From an uncultured bacterium (GTDB lineage Bacteria; Bacteroidota; Ignavibacteria; OLB7): a stretch of DNA of 64,000 nt. The stretch spans positions 13,767-77,766 of the forward strand of contig CBINGZ010000019.1 in assembly GCA_966250335.1 (NCBI GenBank). Direction: 5' to 3'. The position numbers and the translations under genes are program-made. Positions 9,205-21,150 of this stretch are shown piece by piece. Below the pieces are notes generated by a model. It was not told the origin of the DNA, did not search any database, and saw only the letters and a list, made by a program, of their open reading frames with translations. Numbering within the stretch: position 1 is the stretch's first letter; every line of letters begins with the position of its first letter.

Positions 9205-12200
9205 CTATCTCCTGAGTTCGAGCCGTTCGACGACGGTTTCGGTCGGCGTACGGAGGAGCAGGTAGTAGGCGCCGTTCGGCAGCGATCGGAGATCGAGCGG
9301 GAGGAAGAGCCGTCCGTGACGGGCCGTGCCGTCGTGAAGGGTCCTCACCTCTTCTCCGAGAGAACTCACCAGGGTAAGTCTGGTGGGGCCATCCTCGGCA
9401 AGATCGATCTGCACCCCCGCCTCTTCCGCCACCGGGTTCGGGCGCACGATCATCTTCAGCCCGCTTCCGGTGCGGACGAGGCGTCGATCTCCCGTCTCGC
9501 AGAACCCCGTGACCGTGAACGTTCCGTCGCTCCCCGTCGTCTCCACCTCCGCGTTCTTCCACTCGACGTCGACTATATCGATCGGTGTGCGATCCAGTTC
9601 TCCGAGCAGCGCGACTGCCGGCAGCACCGCCATCGTGTCGTTGCCGGGGCGGAGTCGTCCGGAGATCGAGACTGTTCTGTCGTTCCCCTGAACGGTCCCC
9701 GGCGATCCGAGCGGCATCAGCAGGCGGCGGTCGAACCGGACCGTCAGGATGAACTCGTCGGCCTTCGCGGGGCCCAGGTTGACGGGGTTCCTGAGGATGA
9801 TCGGAATCCCGACGACGGCGCCGATCTCTCCAGTAAGATCGCGCGGCTCGACGACGACCTCGGCGGAGGCGACCCCGAAGCCGGTGTGCTCGAACGGCGC
9901 GGACTCGCTCCCGCATCCCTGGGCGTTCACTGCGATCACGCTGTATTGCCCTTTCGTCGTCGTGATCAGCTCGCGGTCGGTCTCCCCTGGAATCTCCACC
10001 CCTTCCAGCAGCCATCGGAATCGGACGACGTCGGAGCCGGCTGTTGCCTCGAGCGTGTCGGTCCGTTGTGAGATCGTCGGCGCGGCCGGGCGCGGAAATA
10101 TCGTGACGGTAACTTCGGCCGATGATCCCTTGCATCCTCCCGCATCCGATACGTTGACCGTGTAGATCCCCGGCGTCTTCACGGTGATCGTCCGTGTGGT
10201 CGCCGTGTTGGACCAGAGATAGTCGACGTAGCCGGGGCCGGCGTCGAGTACGACGCTGTCACCCTCGCAGAGCGTCGTGCTCCCGGAGGTCGAGATCAGG
10301 GGGGCGAGGCTGGAGGAGACCGTCACCTCAAGTGTCGTATCTCTAAAGCATCCTGATGCGATATCCGTCTCCCGCACGGAGAGCGTGCTTGTGCCCGATC
10401 CGTTCCACTGCACGTTGACGGTCGCTGTTCCCTGTCCTCCGACGATCTGTCCGTTGGCGCTTACCGTCCATTGATAATCACGGCCGGCCGAGGCCGGGAC
10501 GCCGTACGATATGGGGAGTGATTTCTCGCATGCCGAGCTTTGTCCACTGATGACCGGGGTCGGTCGGGCGCCGATCGTCACCGTTACCTCCGTTCGCGAT
10601 GCGCTCACGCAGCCGGTGGCCGCGTCGATGCTCTCGACGTAGAACGTCGCGGTTCCCGTGGGGGGAGGAGGGATGAATCCGGCGCCGTTGCCGAGCTGGT
10701 TCCCGCCGCTCGCCGCATCGTACCACCGGTAGTTGAGTCCCGCCACCTGCTCGGCCTTCAATGTGACCGGCTCGCCGTCGCATGCCGCCACCGAGGGAGC
10801 GACGGGGGGGAGCGGGCGATCGACGACCCGCACGAAGAGCGTCGTTCGTGAAGCTCCGACGCAGCCGGTGGTTATGTCTGTCGCTTCAAGATAGAACGTT
10901 GTCGATACGGCGAGAGTGGCGGGAGGGTGGGTTTTCCCCTCGGCGACCGGGACGCCGCCGGTGGGGGTCGTGAACCAGCGCACGAGGATGTTCGAGGAGG
11001 GGAGAAGATCGACGGTGAGGGTGACCGGTTCCCCCTGGCAGATCGTCACGTCGGGCTGCGGGCCGAGCGTCGGGCGCGGATGTACCGTGACGGTGACGGG
11101 GGTGCGGGTCGTGCTGGCGCACTGCGATCCGTCGGCCTGGGCGTCGACGTAGTAGGTCGTGGTCGCCGTCAGAGCCGGGGTCGTGTAGCTGTTCCCCGTG
11201 AAGAGAGGGGGGCCGTCGGTCGGGACGGCGAACCATCGCGCCGTGGCGCCGGGCGCGCTCTGCGCGGAGATCGTCGCCGTCAACCCGGCGCAGATCGTCT
11301 CCGGCTCGACGGTCGGGGGGGCGGGCCGCTGCGTGACCGTCACCTTCATCGCGACCGTCTGTGTGCAGTTCTGAGCCGTCACCTTCAGTCTGTATGTCTC
11401 GGTCTGCGATGGAGAGATCACCAGTCCCGCGCTGGCCCCTATCACCTTGTTCGTGGAGACCTCGCTCCATTCGTAGGTGACCGGGCCCGATGCTCCGGTC
11501 ACTCGCGAGTAGAGCGTTGCCGGTTCTCCGGCGCAGATGATCGTATCGTTTCCGACGCTCACCGCCAGGTCGCAGAGACCGATGGCGGTGACGAAGGCAT
11601 CCTGGTTGGAGTTGTAGGTCACATCGTAGGCGCCCGTGGTGGTCGGGTAGTCGGATGATGTCGTTCGTCCTGCGATATAGATGGTCCCCGTGTTGTCGAG
11701 CGTGCTCCCCACGGCGATCTCCGCTCCGGCGCCCCCCAGATAGCTCGAGTAGAGGAGGCCGCTTCCGAGCGGATTCAGCTTCGCCACGATGACGTCCCCC
11801 CCTCCGTTGTAGGATTGATCGTGCCCGTTGGGCGTCGTGGGGAATTTATCGGATTGCGTTGCTCCCGTGACGCAGGCCGCGCCGTTCCGGTCGACGGAGA
11901 TCGCGAACCCCTGGGGGAGGATCTCTCCCAGAAATGTCGAGTAGGAGAGGGAGCCGCCGTTCACCGCCAGTTTCGTGACCGCCATCTCCTCGCCGCCGTG
12001 TGCTCTGTCGAACGCCCCCGGTGTGGTGGGGTAGTTCGCGGATCGTGTGGAGCCGACGATGTAGGCCGATCCCGCCTGATCCACGGCGATCGCTCCTCCA
12101 CCTTCGCCGTCATTCCCCCCGATATATGTGGAGTACGAAAGCGCATTCCCCGAGGGGGAAAACTTCGTGACGAAGAGATCGAAGTTGCCGTTGTGCGTTT

Positions 12201-13713
12201 CGTCGTACGCTCCGGCCGTGACGGGGAAGTCGGTCGAGCGGGTGACTCCCATCACATAGGCGGCTCCGGAGCCGTCGAGGGCGATACCGTAGGCGTCGTC
12301 GGCGAGCGATCCCCCCAGATAGGTGGCGTAGTCGATCGACGATCCGGTCGGGTCGAGCTTGACCAGGAAGGCGTCGTTGTCGCCGTTGAACTGCGAGTCG
12401 AAGGCGCCGACGGGGGGGAAGTCGCCGGAGAAGTCGGCGGAGGTGGTGCTTCCCGCGATATATACCGAGCCGTCCGTTCCCACGGCTATGCCGAAGCCTT
12501 CGTCCCTGTCGCTTCCCCCCAGGAACGTCGAGAAGAGGAGGCCGCCGGTCAGGTTGAGCTTCAGCACGCAGGCATCGTATTTCCCGTGGTAGAACCCGTC
12601 GAGCGAGCCCGCGGTGATCGGCAGATCGACGGAGGCGGTTGTGCCGGTCACGCAGACGATGCCGGTCGAGGCCACTGCAATGCTTCGCCCCCAGTCCTCG
12701 CCGGAGCCTCCGATGAAGGTCGAGTAGAGGAGTTGGCGGCCGTCGGCGCTCAGTCTGCTGATGAAGATGTCGTCGTTCTCACGGTAGTTCCTGTCGTAGG
12801 CGCCGGGGGTGGTCGGGAAATCGGAGGAGCGGGCGATGCCGGTGACGTATGCGTTGCCGTTCGCGTCGACATCGATGTCGAGCCCTTCCTCGTCGCCCGG
12901 GGACCCGAGGAAGGTGGAGTAGAGAAGGGGATCGATCACCAGCGGATATGATGCGATATAATCGCCGAGCGCGAACCGCACGAGGTTCCCCGATCCCACG
13001 GAGAAGCTGCATTCCACGGCGCGCTCCTTCCCATCGATGATCTGGTAGGCGTAGAGCTTCTTCATCTCCACATCGCCCAGCGATGTGCCGAGGAGCAGAT
13101 CGCCCTTCCGGTTCACGCTCACCTTCTCCGCGCCGTCATACTCTATTGCGATACGTTCGGGGTCGGCGCCGGGGGCCACGATCAGGTCGTAGCGGATCGA
13201 ACCTTCGTCGAAGTAGATCCTGGCGTCGATCCCGTCGTACAGATTCCTGAGGATCGTCTCTCGATATGTTCGTGCTCCTTCGACCCATCTTCCGGGATCG
13301 TTGCCTCGGTAGTAGTTGCGGATTCCCGGGGCCTTCCTCATCCCCTGTGCATGCGCTTCCCGGCTTGCTCCCGCGAACTTCATGGCGATCACATGTCCAC
13401 GCCGGCGGGATGCGTCCCGTGGGGATACGTCACGTTGCTTTATCGCATTGCGATTGGTGAGGATGCCCTTCCTGTTGTCGTTCTCCCTCCGTGAGGCCCC
13501 GGCCGGGAAATCCCAGGTGACGCCCGAGTCGGTGATCCATGCCCGTGCGCCGCCGATATCTGCCATGAAGCGCGCGCGCCGGTCCCACTGCCCGCGATTT
13601 TCCACGAGCGTTTCTTCTCTCTCCGTGGTCAACGGAGGGCGGTCGAGGGGCTGCGCGGAGGCCGAGGCGATCGAAAGAAGAAGCAGGAAAGCGAGCAGTG
13701 GAAGAGTTCTCAT
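9205..13713 (-). CDS. large secreted T9SS cargo protein with SBBP beta-propeller repeats and PKD/Ig-like domains
   Basis: Start taken at the internal Met MRTLPLLAFLLLLSIASASA (signal peptide). There are many ~50-aa repeats (SxDFPTTPGAYD..., YxTxxGG) and Ig-like modules. The C-terminal ~80 aa match a T9SS sorting domain (PNPVAEE...NGAYYLLLRT...). Confidence 0.85.
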   Translation of the reverse strand: MRTLPLLAFLLLLSIASASAQPLDRPPLTTEREETLVENRGQWDRRARFMADIGGARAWITDSGVTWDFPAGASRRENDNRKGILTNRNAIKQRDVSPRDASRRRGHVIAMKFAGASREAHAQGMRKAPGIRNYYRGNDPGRWVEGARTYRETILRNLYDGIDARIYFDEGSIRYDLIVAPGADPERIAIEYDGAEKVSVNRKGDLLLGTSLGDVEMKKLYAYQIIDGKERAVECSFSVGSGNLVRFALGDYIASYPLVIDPLLYSTFLGSPGDEEGLDIDVDANGNAYVTGIARSSDFPTTPGAYDRNYRENDDIFISRLSADGRQLLYSTFIGGSGEDWGRSIAVASTGIVCVTGTTASVDLPITAGSLDGFYHGKYDACVLKLNLTGGLLFSTFLGGSDRDEGFGIAVGTDGSVYIAGSTTSADFSGDFPPVGAFDSQFNGDNDAFLVKLDPTGSSIDYATYLGGSLADDAYGIALDGSGAAYVMGVTRSTDFPVTAGAYDETHNGNFDLFVTKFSPSGNALSYSTYIGGNDGEGGGAIAVDQAGSAYIVGSTRSANYPTTPGAFDRAHGGEEMAVTKLAVNGGSLSYSTFLGEILPQGFAISVDRNGAACVTGATQSDKFPTTPNGHDQSYNGGGDVIVAKLNPLGSGLLYSSYLGGAGAEIAVGSTLDNTGTIYIAGRTTSSDYPTTTGAYDVTYNSNQDAFVTAIGLCDLAVSVGNDTIICAGEPATLYSRVTGASGPVTYEWSEVSTNKVIGASAGLVISPSQTETYRLKVTAQNCTQTVAMKVTVTQRPAPPTVEPETICAGLTATISAQSAPGATARWFAVPTDGPPLFTGNSYTTPALTATTTYYVDAQADGSQCASTTRTPVTVTVHPRPTLGPQPDVTICQGEPVTLTVDLLPSSNILVRWFTTPTGGVPVAEGKTHPPATLAVSTTFYLEATDITTGCVGASRTTLFVRVVDRPLPPVAPSVAACDGEPVTLKAEQVAGLNYRWYDAASGGNQLGNGAGFIPPPPTGTATFYVESIDAATGCVSASRTEVTVTIGARPTPVISGQSSACEKSLPISYGVPASAGRDYQWTVSANGQIVGGQGTATVNVQWNGSGTSTLSVRETDIASGCFRDTTLEVTVSSSLAPLISTSGSTTLCEGDSVVLDAGPGYVDYLWSNTATTRTITVKTPGIYTVNVSDAGGCKGSSAEVTVTIFPRPAAPTISQRTDTLEATAGSDVVRFRWLLEGVEIPGETDRELITTTKGQYSVIAVNAQGCGSESAPFEHTGFGVASAEVVVEPRDLTGEIGAVVGIPIILRNPVNLGPAKADEFILTVRFDRRLLMPLGSPGTVQGNDRTVSISGRLRPGNDTMAVLPAVALLGELDRTPIDIVDVEWKNAEVETTGSDGTFTVTGFCETGDRRLVRTGSGLKMIVRPNPVAEEAGVQIDLAEDGPTRLTLVSSLGEEVRTLHDGTARHGRLFLPLDLRSLPNGAYYLLLRTPTETVVERLELRR

Positions 13714-13954
13714 GGCTGGTATTCGATCGTACAAGGTGAGCTCTGGATACCGTGCCGTAAGGTACATTCTATTTCCGCAAATCCACTCCGCGACGCGCCG
13801 GGGCGGTAGGCCCCTTCCCTTTCAACACTACATGGAGGGGGTCGGAAGGACCACGGTGTCGATATCCTCTACGAAGGACAGCCGAAGGCTCCGTGCCGTG
13901 ACTTCTTATAGGATATGCGGGATGGTTTTTCCGGAAGAGAGCCGGGATATCGGT

Positions 13955-14662
13955 TCAGGGGAGGGGGGAGCCTCGCTTTCCGAGCGGTTCGATCAGGCCG
14001 ATCTCAAGATCGACGGGGATGTCGGCCCGTACGGTCAGACGCGGCCAGAGGTCGACGGGAGGAAGGGCGATGAGGGAATGAGGGAGGGAGATGAGCTGGA
14101 GATCGTCGTGAAGGAAGGGGCGTCGGCCGCAGTGGAGGGCGTGGCAGCGGAGGCGTCCGCCCGGTCGGCAGTCCCGGCGTTTACAGACTCGTCCGATATA
14201 TTCGCCGCCGGGGTTGCAGAGGAAGATATCGACGCTTCGATCGATGCTCTCGACGTTGGTCCGGAGTCTGCGCGTTCTGGAGGCGAGGGGAGCAAGGGCC
14301 ATGTCGTCCGACACGGTCAGAAGCAGGTCGATATCCTTCGGATCAGGTTTCGAGGTGGCGAGGGAGCCGATCAGGGAGATCCGTATCAGGCCGTTCATCG
14401 GCGGCTCGTTCTCCAGACCGATCAGGCGTCGCACGAAGGTGAGTGTCTCGGAGATCAGGCGTCCCCGGATCGGGTTCGTATCCTCCCGGTCGTGTCTGTC
14501 GCCTCCGCGGCCGGAGAGGAAGATCACCGCCTGAAGGTCCGATTCGCTCAGGTCGGGATATCGCATCAGGATATCTCCCATCCTCTCGCCTGCCCGGATC
14601 AGCCGGAGGATCTCGGACATCTGAATGCCGTTCTGTCGCTGCTTCGACTGCCTGCTGTCCAT
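13955..14662 (-). CDS. DUF433-like N-terminal domain fused to a minimal nucleotidyltransferase (Pol-beta superfamily), Cys-rich C-terminus
   Basis: Residues 15-54 (MSEILRLIRAGERMGDILMRYPDLSESDLQAVIFLS) match the DUF433 consensus. The NTase signature is LIGSLATSKPDPKDIDLLL (hG[GS]...DhDh), with a third acidic residue in VDIF. The C-terminus carries C..C...C..HC. The start (14662 vs 14620) is uncertain. Confidence 0.5.
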   Translation of the reverse strand: MDSRQSKQRQNGIQMSEILRLIRAGERMGDILMRYPDLSESDLQAVIFLSGRGGDRHDREDTNPIRGRLISETLTFVRRLIGLENEPPMNGLIRISLIGSLATSKPDPKDIDLLLTVSDDMALAPLASRTRRLRTNVESIDRSVDIFLCNPGGEYIGRVCKRRDCRPGGRLRCHALHCGRRPFLHDDLQLISLPHSLIALPPVDLWPRLTVRADIPVDLEIGLIEPLGKRGSPLP

Positions 14663-14842
14663 ACTCTCTGTGGTCCGCTGCGTGTAGAGTGCCGAAGGGC
14701 GGGGGGCGTGCCGGCGGTCCGGTCGGGTGTGGCGCACGGCCGAAGGCCGCGCAACTTAGTGAACTTCGCTCGTATCTTTGCAGCCGGATCGCACGGCGAT
14801 CCGCGCGCCGATGTCCAGCTTCATTCTCCCAATCGACACCGC

Positions 14843-15337
14843 ATGCCATCCATGAACGGAGCCGCCGTATCCAGGCAGATCGTCGTCGGACCGAAGACGA
14901 CGGCAAGGAAGATCGTGAGCGTTTTCATGATGCTCTTCGGGACCTTCATGCTCATCATCGGGTTCGCCGCCACATTCGCCGCGCCCGGTTCTCCCGGGCA
15001 GAGCGAAGCCGAGGCGGCAAGAGACAGGGCGATCGGGATTCCGATTCTGCTGCTGCTCGGGGCGGCTCCGCTGGGGATCGGGATCATGCTCTTCAGGGGG
15101 GCGAAGAAGGTCGATCGCGAGCATGCCACCCGCTCGATGGAGCAGGCGGTGATCAATGTGGCGGCGGAGAACGGGGGAGTGGTGACTCTGGCGATGGTCA
15201 TGCACGGCGCCCGCATCTCATCGACCGAGGCGAGCGCCGTCCTGAACGAACTCTGCCGGCAGGGGATCGCCGAGCCGGACCTGCTGGCGGAAGGGGGAGT
15301 GGAGTATCGCTTTACCGGCCTCACCGGACCGATCTAG
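14843..15337 (+). CDS. small membrane protein (2 TM helices + soluble C-terminal domain)
   Basis: ATG at 14843 or 14852. It has two clear hydrophobic helices and a plausible TAnnTTTG -7 box (GTATCTTTG) about 60 nt upstream. It is the C-terminal part of a long, mostly spurious ORF. Confidence 0.5.
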   Translation: MPSMNGAAVSRQIVVGPKTTARKIVSVFMMLFGTFMLIIGFAATFAAPGSPGQSEAEAARDRAIGIPILLLLGAAPLGIGIMLFRGAKKVDREHATRSMEQAVINVAAENGGVVTLAMVMHGARISSTEASAVLNELCRQGIAEPDLLAEGGVEYRFTGLTGPI

Positions 15338-15368
15338 CGGCATCCGCATCCCTCCCGACGATCGCGAA

Positions 15369-15998
15369 CTACTGCCGGACCGCCACGTCGATCTCTCCTT
15401 CCGTCACCGTCACCTTCCCCTTCTGCGCGGCCTGTGCCTCGGCGGAGAAGGTGAAGGTCGCGGTCAGATGCTTGCCGTCGAAGCTCTTCACATCGACGGT
15501 TCCCTCGCCGCCGCCCCCGGTATCCTGCAGCGTGCTGAAGCTGATCGCGTTCTCCGCGATATACGTGGCGTAGCGTTTGTCGCCGGGGCGTCCGATCTCC
15601 ACCTTCCCTGCTCCCTTCAGTTCTCCCAGATTGATCGTGATCGCCGTGCCGTTGTAGCCGAGCCCGGTCACCGAGACCGAGCCGTCGACGATCGAGGCGC
15701 TCACCTGGGTGGCGCTCCAGGGGTGGGAGTTCACGGAGGCCTTCAGGATCTGGCCGCTCCGTTCCGCCTCGCTCGGCCGGGCCGAGTCGGCGGAGCTCGG
15801 GATCATCCGCATCGGGGAGCCGATGGAATCCGCGGCGACCGTCGTCGAGGCCTGTTCGGGAGCGTTCGACGGGAGGGCATGTGGGGCCGCCGCGGCCGGC
15901 GCGGGGGTATCGGTCGCGGAATCGGTGCGCGGTATGACGTCGGCGTCATTCCCGCCGCATCCGATCATCAGGAGGGAGGCAAGAAGGATCATCTTCAT
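15369..15998 (-). CDS. hypothetical lipoprotein
   Basis: Lipobox LLMIGCGG; low-complexity Ala/Pro linker followed by a beta-rich domain. Confidence 0.6.
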   Translation of the reverse strand: MKMILLASLLMIGCGGNDADVIPRTDSATDTPAPAAAAPHALPSNAPEQASTTVAADSIGSPMRMIPSSADSARPSEAERSGQILKASVNSHPWSATQVSASIVDGSVSVTGLGYNGTAITINLGELKGAGKVEIGRPGDKRYATYIAENAISFSTLQDTGGGGEGTVDVKSFDGKHLTATFTFSAEAQAAQKGKVTVTEGEIDVAVRQ

Positions 15999-16105
15999 TG
16001 GTTTTTTCAGGAATTGGACGTTTCAGCTCTTCCGGAACGGGGGAGGGGATGCTCCGGATCGCCGTGCGCGGGGATGCGATTTAACAAACCATAACCCCTG
16101 CGGCC

Positions 16106-16137
16106 TTGACATCGCTCGGCGCCGGCGAGTATATTTG
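16106..16137 (+). promoter_or_regulatory. sigma-A-type promoter of groESL: TTGACA, 18-nt spacer, TATATTTG
   Basis: TTGACA at 16106-16111 and TATATT(TG) at 16130-16137. The second box also fits the Bacteroidetes -7 consensus TAnnTTTG. Confidence 0.6.
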
Positions 16138-16144
16138 CGGCCCG

Positions 16145-16171
16145 TTAGCACTCTCAACGGGAGAGTGCTAA
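16145..16171 (+). promoter_or_regulatory. CIRCE element (HrcA operator)
   Basis: Perfect TTAGCACTC-N9-GAGTGCTAA between the promoter and groES. Confidence 0.9.
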
Positions 16172-16225
16172 CAGCCAGCAGGAAGATCGCATATCAACAC
16201 TAACATCGTTACGGAGAATCCCACA

Positions 16226-18239
<2,014 letters not shown>

Positions 18240-18299
18240 GAAGTCGCGCCGCCACCCCTCTTCCGAACGAGGAGGGTGGAAGCGGAAGTCGTCCGACGG

Positions 18300-18338
18300 G
18301 AAGGTCATCGCAAGGATGCGGTGACCTTCTCTTTTTAT
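18300..18338 (+). terminator. rho-independent terminator of groESL
   Basis: GAAGGTCA / TGACCTTC stem followed by TCTTTTTAT. A weaker hairpin lies at 18252-18279. Confidence 0.6.
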
Positions 18339-18491
18339 ATGGGTCTATATAGGTCTGCCGTGACTGATGCATATCCCGTCGCGTGGGAACTTGCGATCCT
18401 TCCTTGCGCCGGGCGCCGCATCTTTCTATCTTCCGCGCCGTCTTCTTTCTAAACTCGCTCAATCTCTCGATCAAATCATATCATGAGGTGA

Positions 18492-20012
18492 ATGATGATG
18501 CAATTGCGTCACACAGTGCACTCTCTCCTCTTCGCGTTTCTCGTTCTCTTCCTTATCTCTTCCGGCCAGGTTCATGCCCAGGGAGACTCCCGCTACAAGA
18601 ACGCGCCCGCCCTTACCGGGCGCGACGGGAAGGTCTTCATCGGCATAGCTCGCGGTGTGATCTATAAGTCGAGCACGAGACCGGATGGGGGAATAATGCT
18701 TGAGGATTCGCTCCTTCCCGGCGTGCAGCTTCCCGCCGATCTCCACGGCGTGTGGGATTTCGCCATGCCGAACCAGGAGACTCATCCGAACCTGATCGTC
18801 GGTCTGGCCTCGTACGCCGCCAAGGACGATGAGGGAAATGTCATCGACAGCACCTTCGGCTTCCTGAAGAGCACCGATTTCGGCGAGTCGTGGACCTTGA
18901 CCAAGCCGGCCGCGTTCGACCGGGAGGCCTTCCGCGTCACCAACAACTTCTGGCTCGTCGGCCTTACCCGCATGACCTGGCTTCCCGATGCCCAGCACGG
19001 CTGGATCTTCGGCAAGGGAGGGATCGTGCGGACGACGGACGGCGGAGATACATGGGCGGTAGCCGATACGACGCCGGCCTATGTGCCGGGGGGACAGGAC
19101 AACGCCGAGTCGGGAAAAATCGGGATCTGGGGGCTTGGGTTCAAGAATGCCCTCGAAGGGGTTGCCGCCCGTGGAACGCCCTCCGGCATGGCTCTGGTCA
19201 AGACGACGGACGGCGGGGTAACCTGGGCTGAAGCGATCAGCGGCGGACCGACCAACCGCAGAGTCACGCAGATCGACTGGATGGGACTGACCTACCGCGC
19301 CTTCACGTTCGACCGCAACAAGCTGAACGGCGAGGCGAGCGAACGGATGTACTTCTCCGAGGATGGGCGAACCTGGTCGGTTGCCACCAATCAGGTCGCG
19401 CTGCGGGAGCAGACCCACATGAACGAGGTCCTCTGGGCCGGACACAACCAGGCGTTCCTGATCCTGCGCAGCGGCGAGATCTGGAAATCGGTGAAGCCTT
19501 TCCCGCCGCCGCCTCCCTCGACCGATCAGCGCGCGACCTGGACCAACATCCAGCAGGCCGACTCCTCCCCGACCGGATATCCGGTTCCCTATCAGGTTGG
19601 CTGGGGACAGAGGTCGATCCTGATCAAGGATCAGTCGGGACGTGACGTGATCGTCCATGCCAGCACGATCAGCAACCGCGGCGATATCTATCGGCTCTAC
19701 CAGTGGCTGGTCGAGATCTCGGCATCGGCTCCGGGGAGCGGGAACGTGCAGGCGGGGATGAACGTGACCGCGTTCCCCAACCCCGCGTCGACGACCGCCG
19801 ATATCCGTATCGATCTCAACCGTGGCGGGAACGTGAGTCTCTCCGTGGTGAATCTTCTCGGTGTGGAGGTTCTGCGTCACGATGCGGGACGTCTGGAGAC
19901 GGGACGTCACGACGTGGCGATCGATCTCGGTGCGATCCCGAGCGGAAGCTACAGGGTGATCGCGACCTGCGGCGACGAGACCCGCACGACGTCGCTCGTG
20001 GTAAACCGCTGA
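18492..20012 (+). CDS. secreted BNR/sialidase-like beta-propeller protein with T9SS C-terminal domain
   Basis: Signal peptide; repeated S/TxDxGxTW motifs (STDFGESWT, TTDGGDTW, TTDGGVTW, SEDGRTW); C-terminal ~80 aa T9SS sorting domain. Confidence 0.85.
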   Translation: MMMQLRHTVHSLLFAFLVLFLISSGQVHAQGDSRYKNAPALTGRDGKVFIGIARGVIYKSSTRPDGGIMLEDSLLPGVQLPADLHGVWDFAMPNQETHPNLIVGLASYAAKDDEGNVIDSTFGFLKSTDFGESWTLTKPAAFDREAFRVTNNFWLVGLTRMTWLPDAQHGWIFGKGGIVRTTDGGDTWAVADTTPAYVPGGQDNAESGKIGIWGLGFKNALEGVAARGTPSGMALVKTTDGGVTWAEAISGGPTNRRVTQIDWMGLTYRAFTFDRNKLNGEASERMYFSEDGRTWSVATNQVALREQTHMNEVLWAGHNQAFLILRSGEIWKSVKPFPPPPPSTDQRATWTNIQQADSSPTGYPVPYQVGWGQRSILIKDQSGRDVIVHASTISNRGDIYRLYQWLVEISASAPGSGNVQAGMNVTAFPNPASTTADIRIDLNRGGNVSLSVVNLLGVEVLRHDAGRLETGRHDVAIDLGAIPSGSYRVIATCGDETRTTSLVVNR

Positions 20013-20072
20013 TCGGCGCTATCGATTCGGGAAGAATATCCGTTATTGTCCTTGATGTATGATCAGGGAGTT

Positions 20073-20122
20073 TCAGGGGGTCAGAGAGGAGCGATGTCCG
20101 GCGCTCTCTTCTGACCCCCTGA
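20073..20122 (+). terminator. long hairpin (~21-bp stem) downstream of the T9SS gene
   Basis: TCAGGGGGTCAGAGAGGAGCG / CGCTCTCTTCTGACCCCCTGA. Confidence 0.45.
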
Positions 20123-20195
20123 TCTATTGCTGCTCCGGACCGAATCTCTATATTCGGGCCGTTTTGCCCTTGCCGGGAGTTTCAGAAAGGTCTCT

Positions 20196-20717
20196 ATGAG
20201 CACAAATTCGGGGGAATCGACCCCTCTTGTCGGAATCATCATGGGGAGCAGCTCGGATCTGCCGACGATGCGTCCGGCGGCCGAGGTTCTCGATGAATTC
20301 GGCGTTCCGTACGAAATGCGGGTGGTTTCCGCCCATCGAACGCCGGACGATATGGCCGAATACGGCCGGACCGCGCATTCCCGCGGCATCAGGGTGATCA
20401 TCGCGGGGGCCGGGGGGGCGGCTCATCTCCCCGGCATGGTGGCGTCGCATTCGCCCCTTCCGGTGATCGGGGTGCCGGTGAAATCCTCATCGCTGAGCGG
20501 TCTCGATTCGCTTCTCTCCATCGTCCAGATGCCGAAGGGGGTCCCTGTAGCGACCGTGGCGATCGACGGGGGGAGAAATGCGGGGCTTCTGGCGGTTCAG
20601 ATGCTCGGTGTGAACGATGGCACGCTTGTTGAGAAGATGATACTGTACAAGCGTCGAATCGCGGATGAGTCGCGATTTCAGAACAGAGAGATCGAGCGTG
20701 ACGAGGCGTCACGGTAA
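20196..20717 (+). CDS. purE: N5-carboxyaminoimidazole ribonucleotide mutase PurE
   Basis: [13 protein letters not shown]...RVVSAHRTP...[16 protein letters not shown]. Confidence 0.92.
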   Translation: MSTNSGESTPLVGIIMGSSSDLPTMRPAAEVLDEFGVPYEMRVVSAHRTPDDMAEYGRTAHSRGIRVIIAGAGGAAHLPGMVASHSPLPVIGVPVKSSSLSGLDSLLSIVQMPKGVPVATVAIDGGRNAGLLAVQMLGVNDGTLVEKMILYKRRIADESRFQNREIERDEASR

Positions 20718-21077
20718 GTGATGCGCCTTCACACGGTCGATCGGTCCCAATCGTGTTCTTTCGTAAAAAGAGGGAGCCCGATCTGTGGCACCTTGATTGC
20801 TTTGCAGTCCCAGGGACGTGTTGCGTCCTGTCGGACCGTGAACGGCCGGAGAGTCGGCCGAACGAAAAACGTTCTTTGAAAGGGAAACAGGGTCGGAGAG
20901 GGCTGCGAATTGGCAACGAATGGGGGCAATTGTGTGGAAAACGATTGCACAGAAGAAGATTGCAGGAGTGACCAAAGCGGGGTATATTTGCCAACCTTTT
21001 TCCTGCGGCAGGGTATATCGGCGGAGCTTGCTCGAAACGTAAGGAGCCGCTGAGGGATACCTCGCAGTGAAACAAAC

Positions 21078-21150
21078 GCGCCCGTGGCTCAATGGATAGA
21101 GCATCAGATTCCGGTTCTGAGGGTTGGGGGTTCGAGTCCCTCCGGGCGCG
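21078..21150 (+). tRNA. tRNA-Arg (anticodon CCG)
   Basis: Manually folded cloverleaf: acceptor GCGCCCG/CGGGCGC, D-stem GCTC/GAGC, anticodon stem TCAGA/TCTGA with loop TTCCGGT, T-loop TTCGAGT. No encoded CCA. Confidence 0.85.

Noticed and set aside
13316-15337. 673-aa plus-strand ORF spanning the DUF433-NTase locus
   Set aside because: Only the last ~165 aa (14843..15337) look like a real protein with 2 TM helices. The upstream part is Arg/Ser-rich with no features, and is antisense to the NTase gene and the 5' end of the large T9SS gene.
18471-19910. 479-aa minus-strand ORF antisense to the BNR/T9SS gene
   Set aside because: Shadow ORF. The plus-strand protein has BNR repeats and a T9SS C-terminal domain.
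20753-20971. 72-aa ORF in the purE-tRNA intergenic region
   Set aside because: Arg/Lys-rich, no start context. The region more likely holds the tRNA-Arg promoter (TTGCAG...TATATTTG at about 20955-20985).
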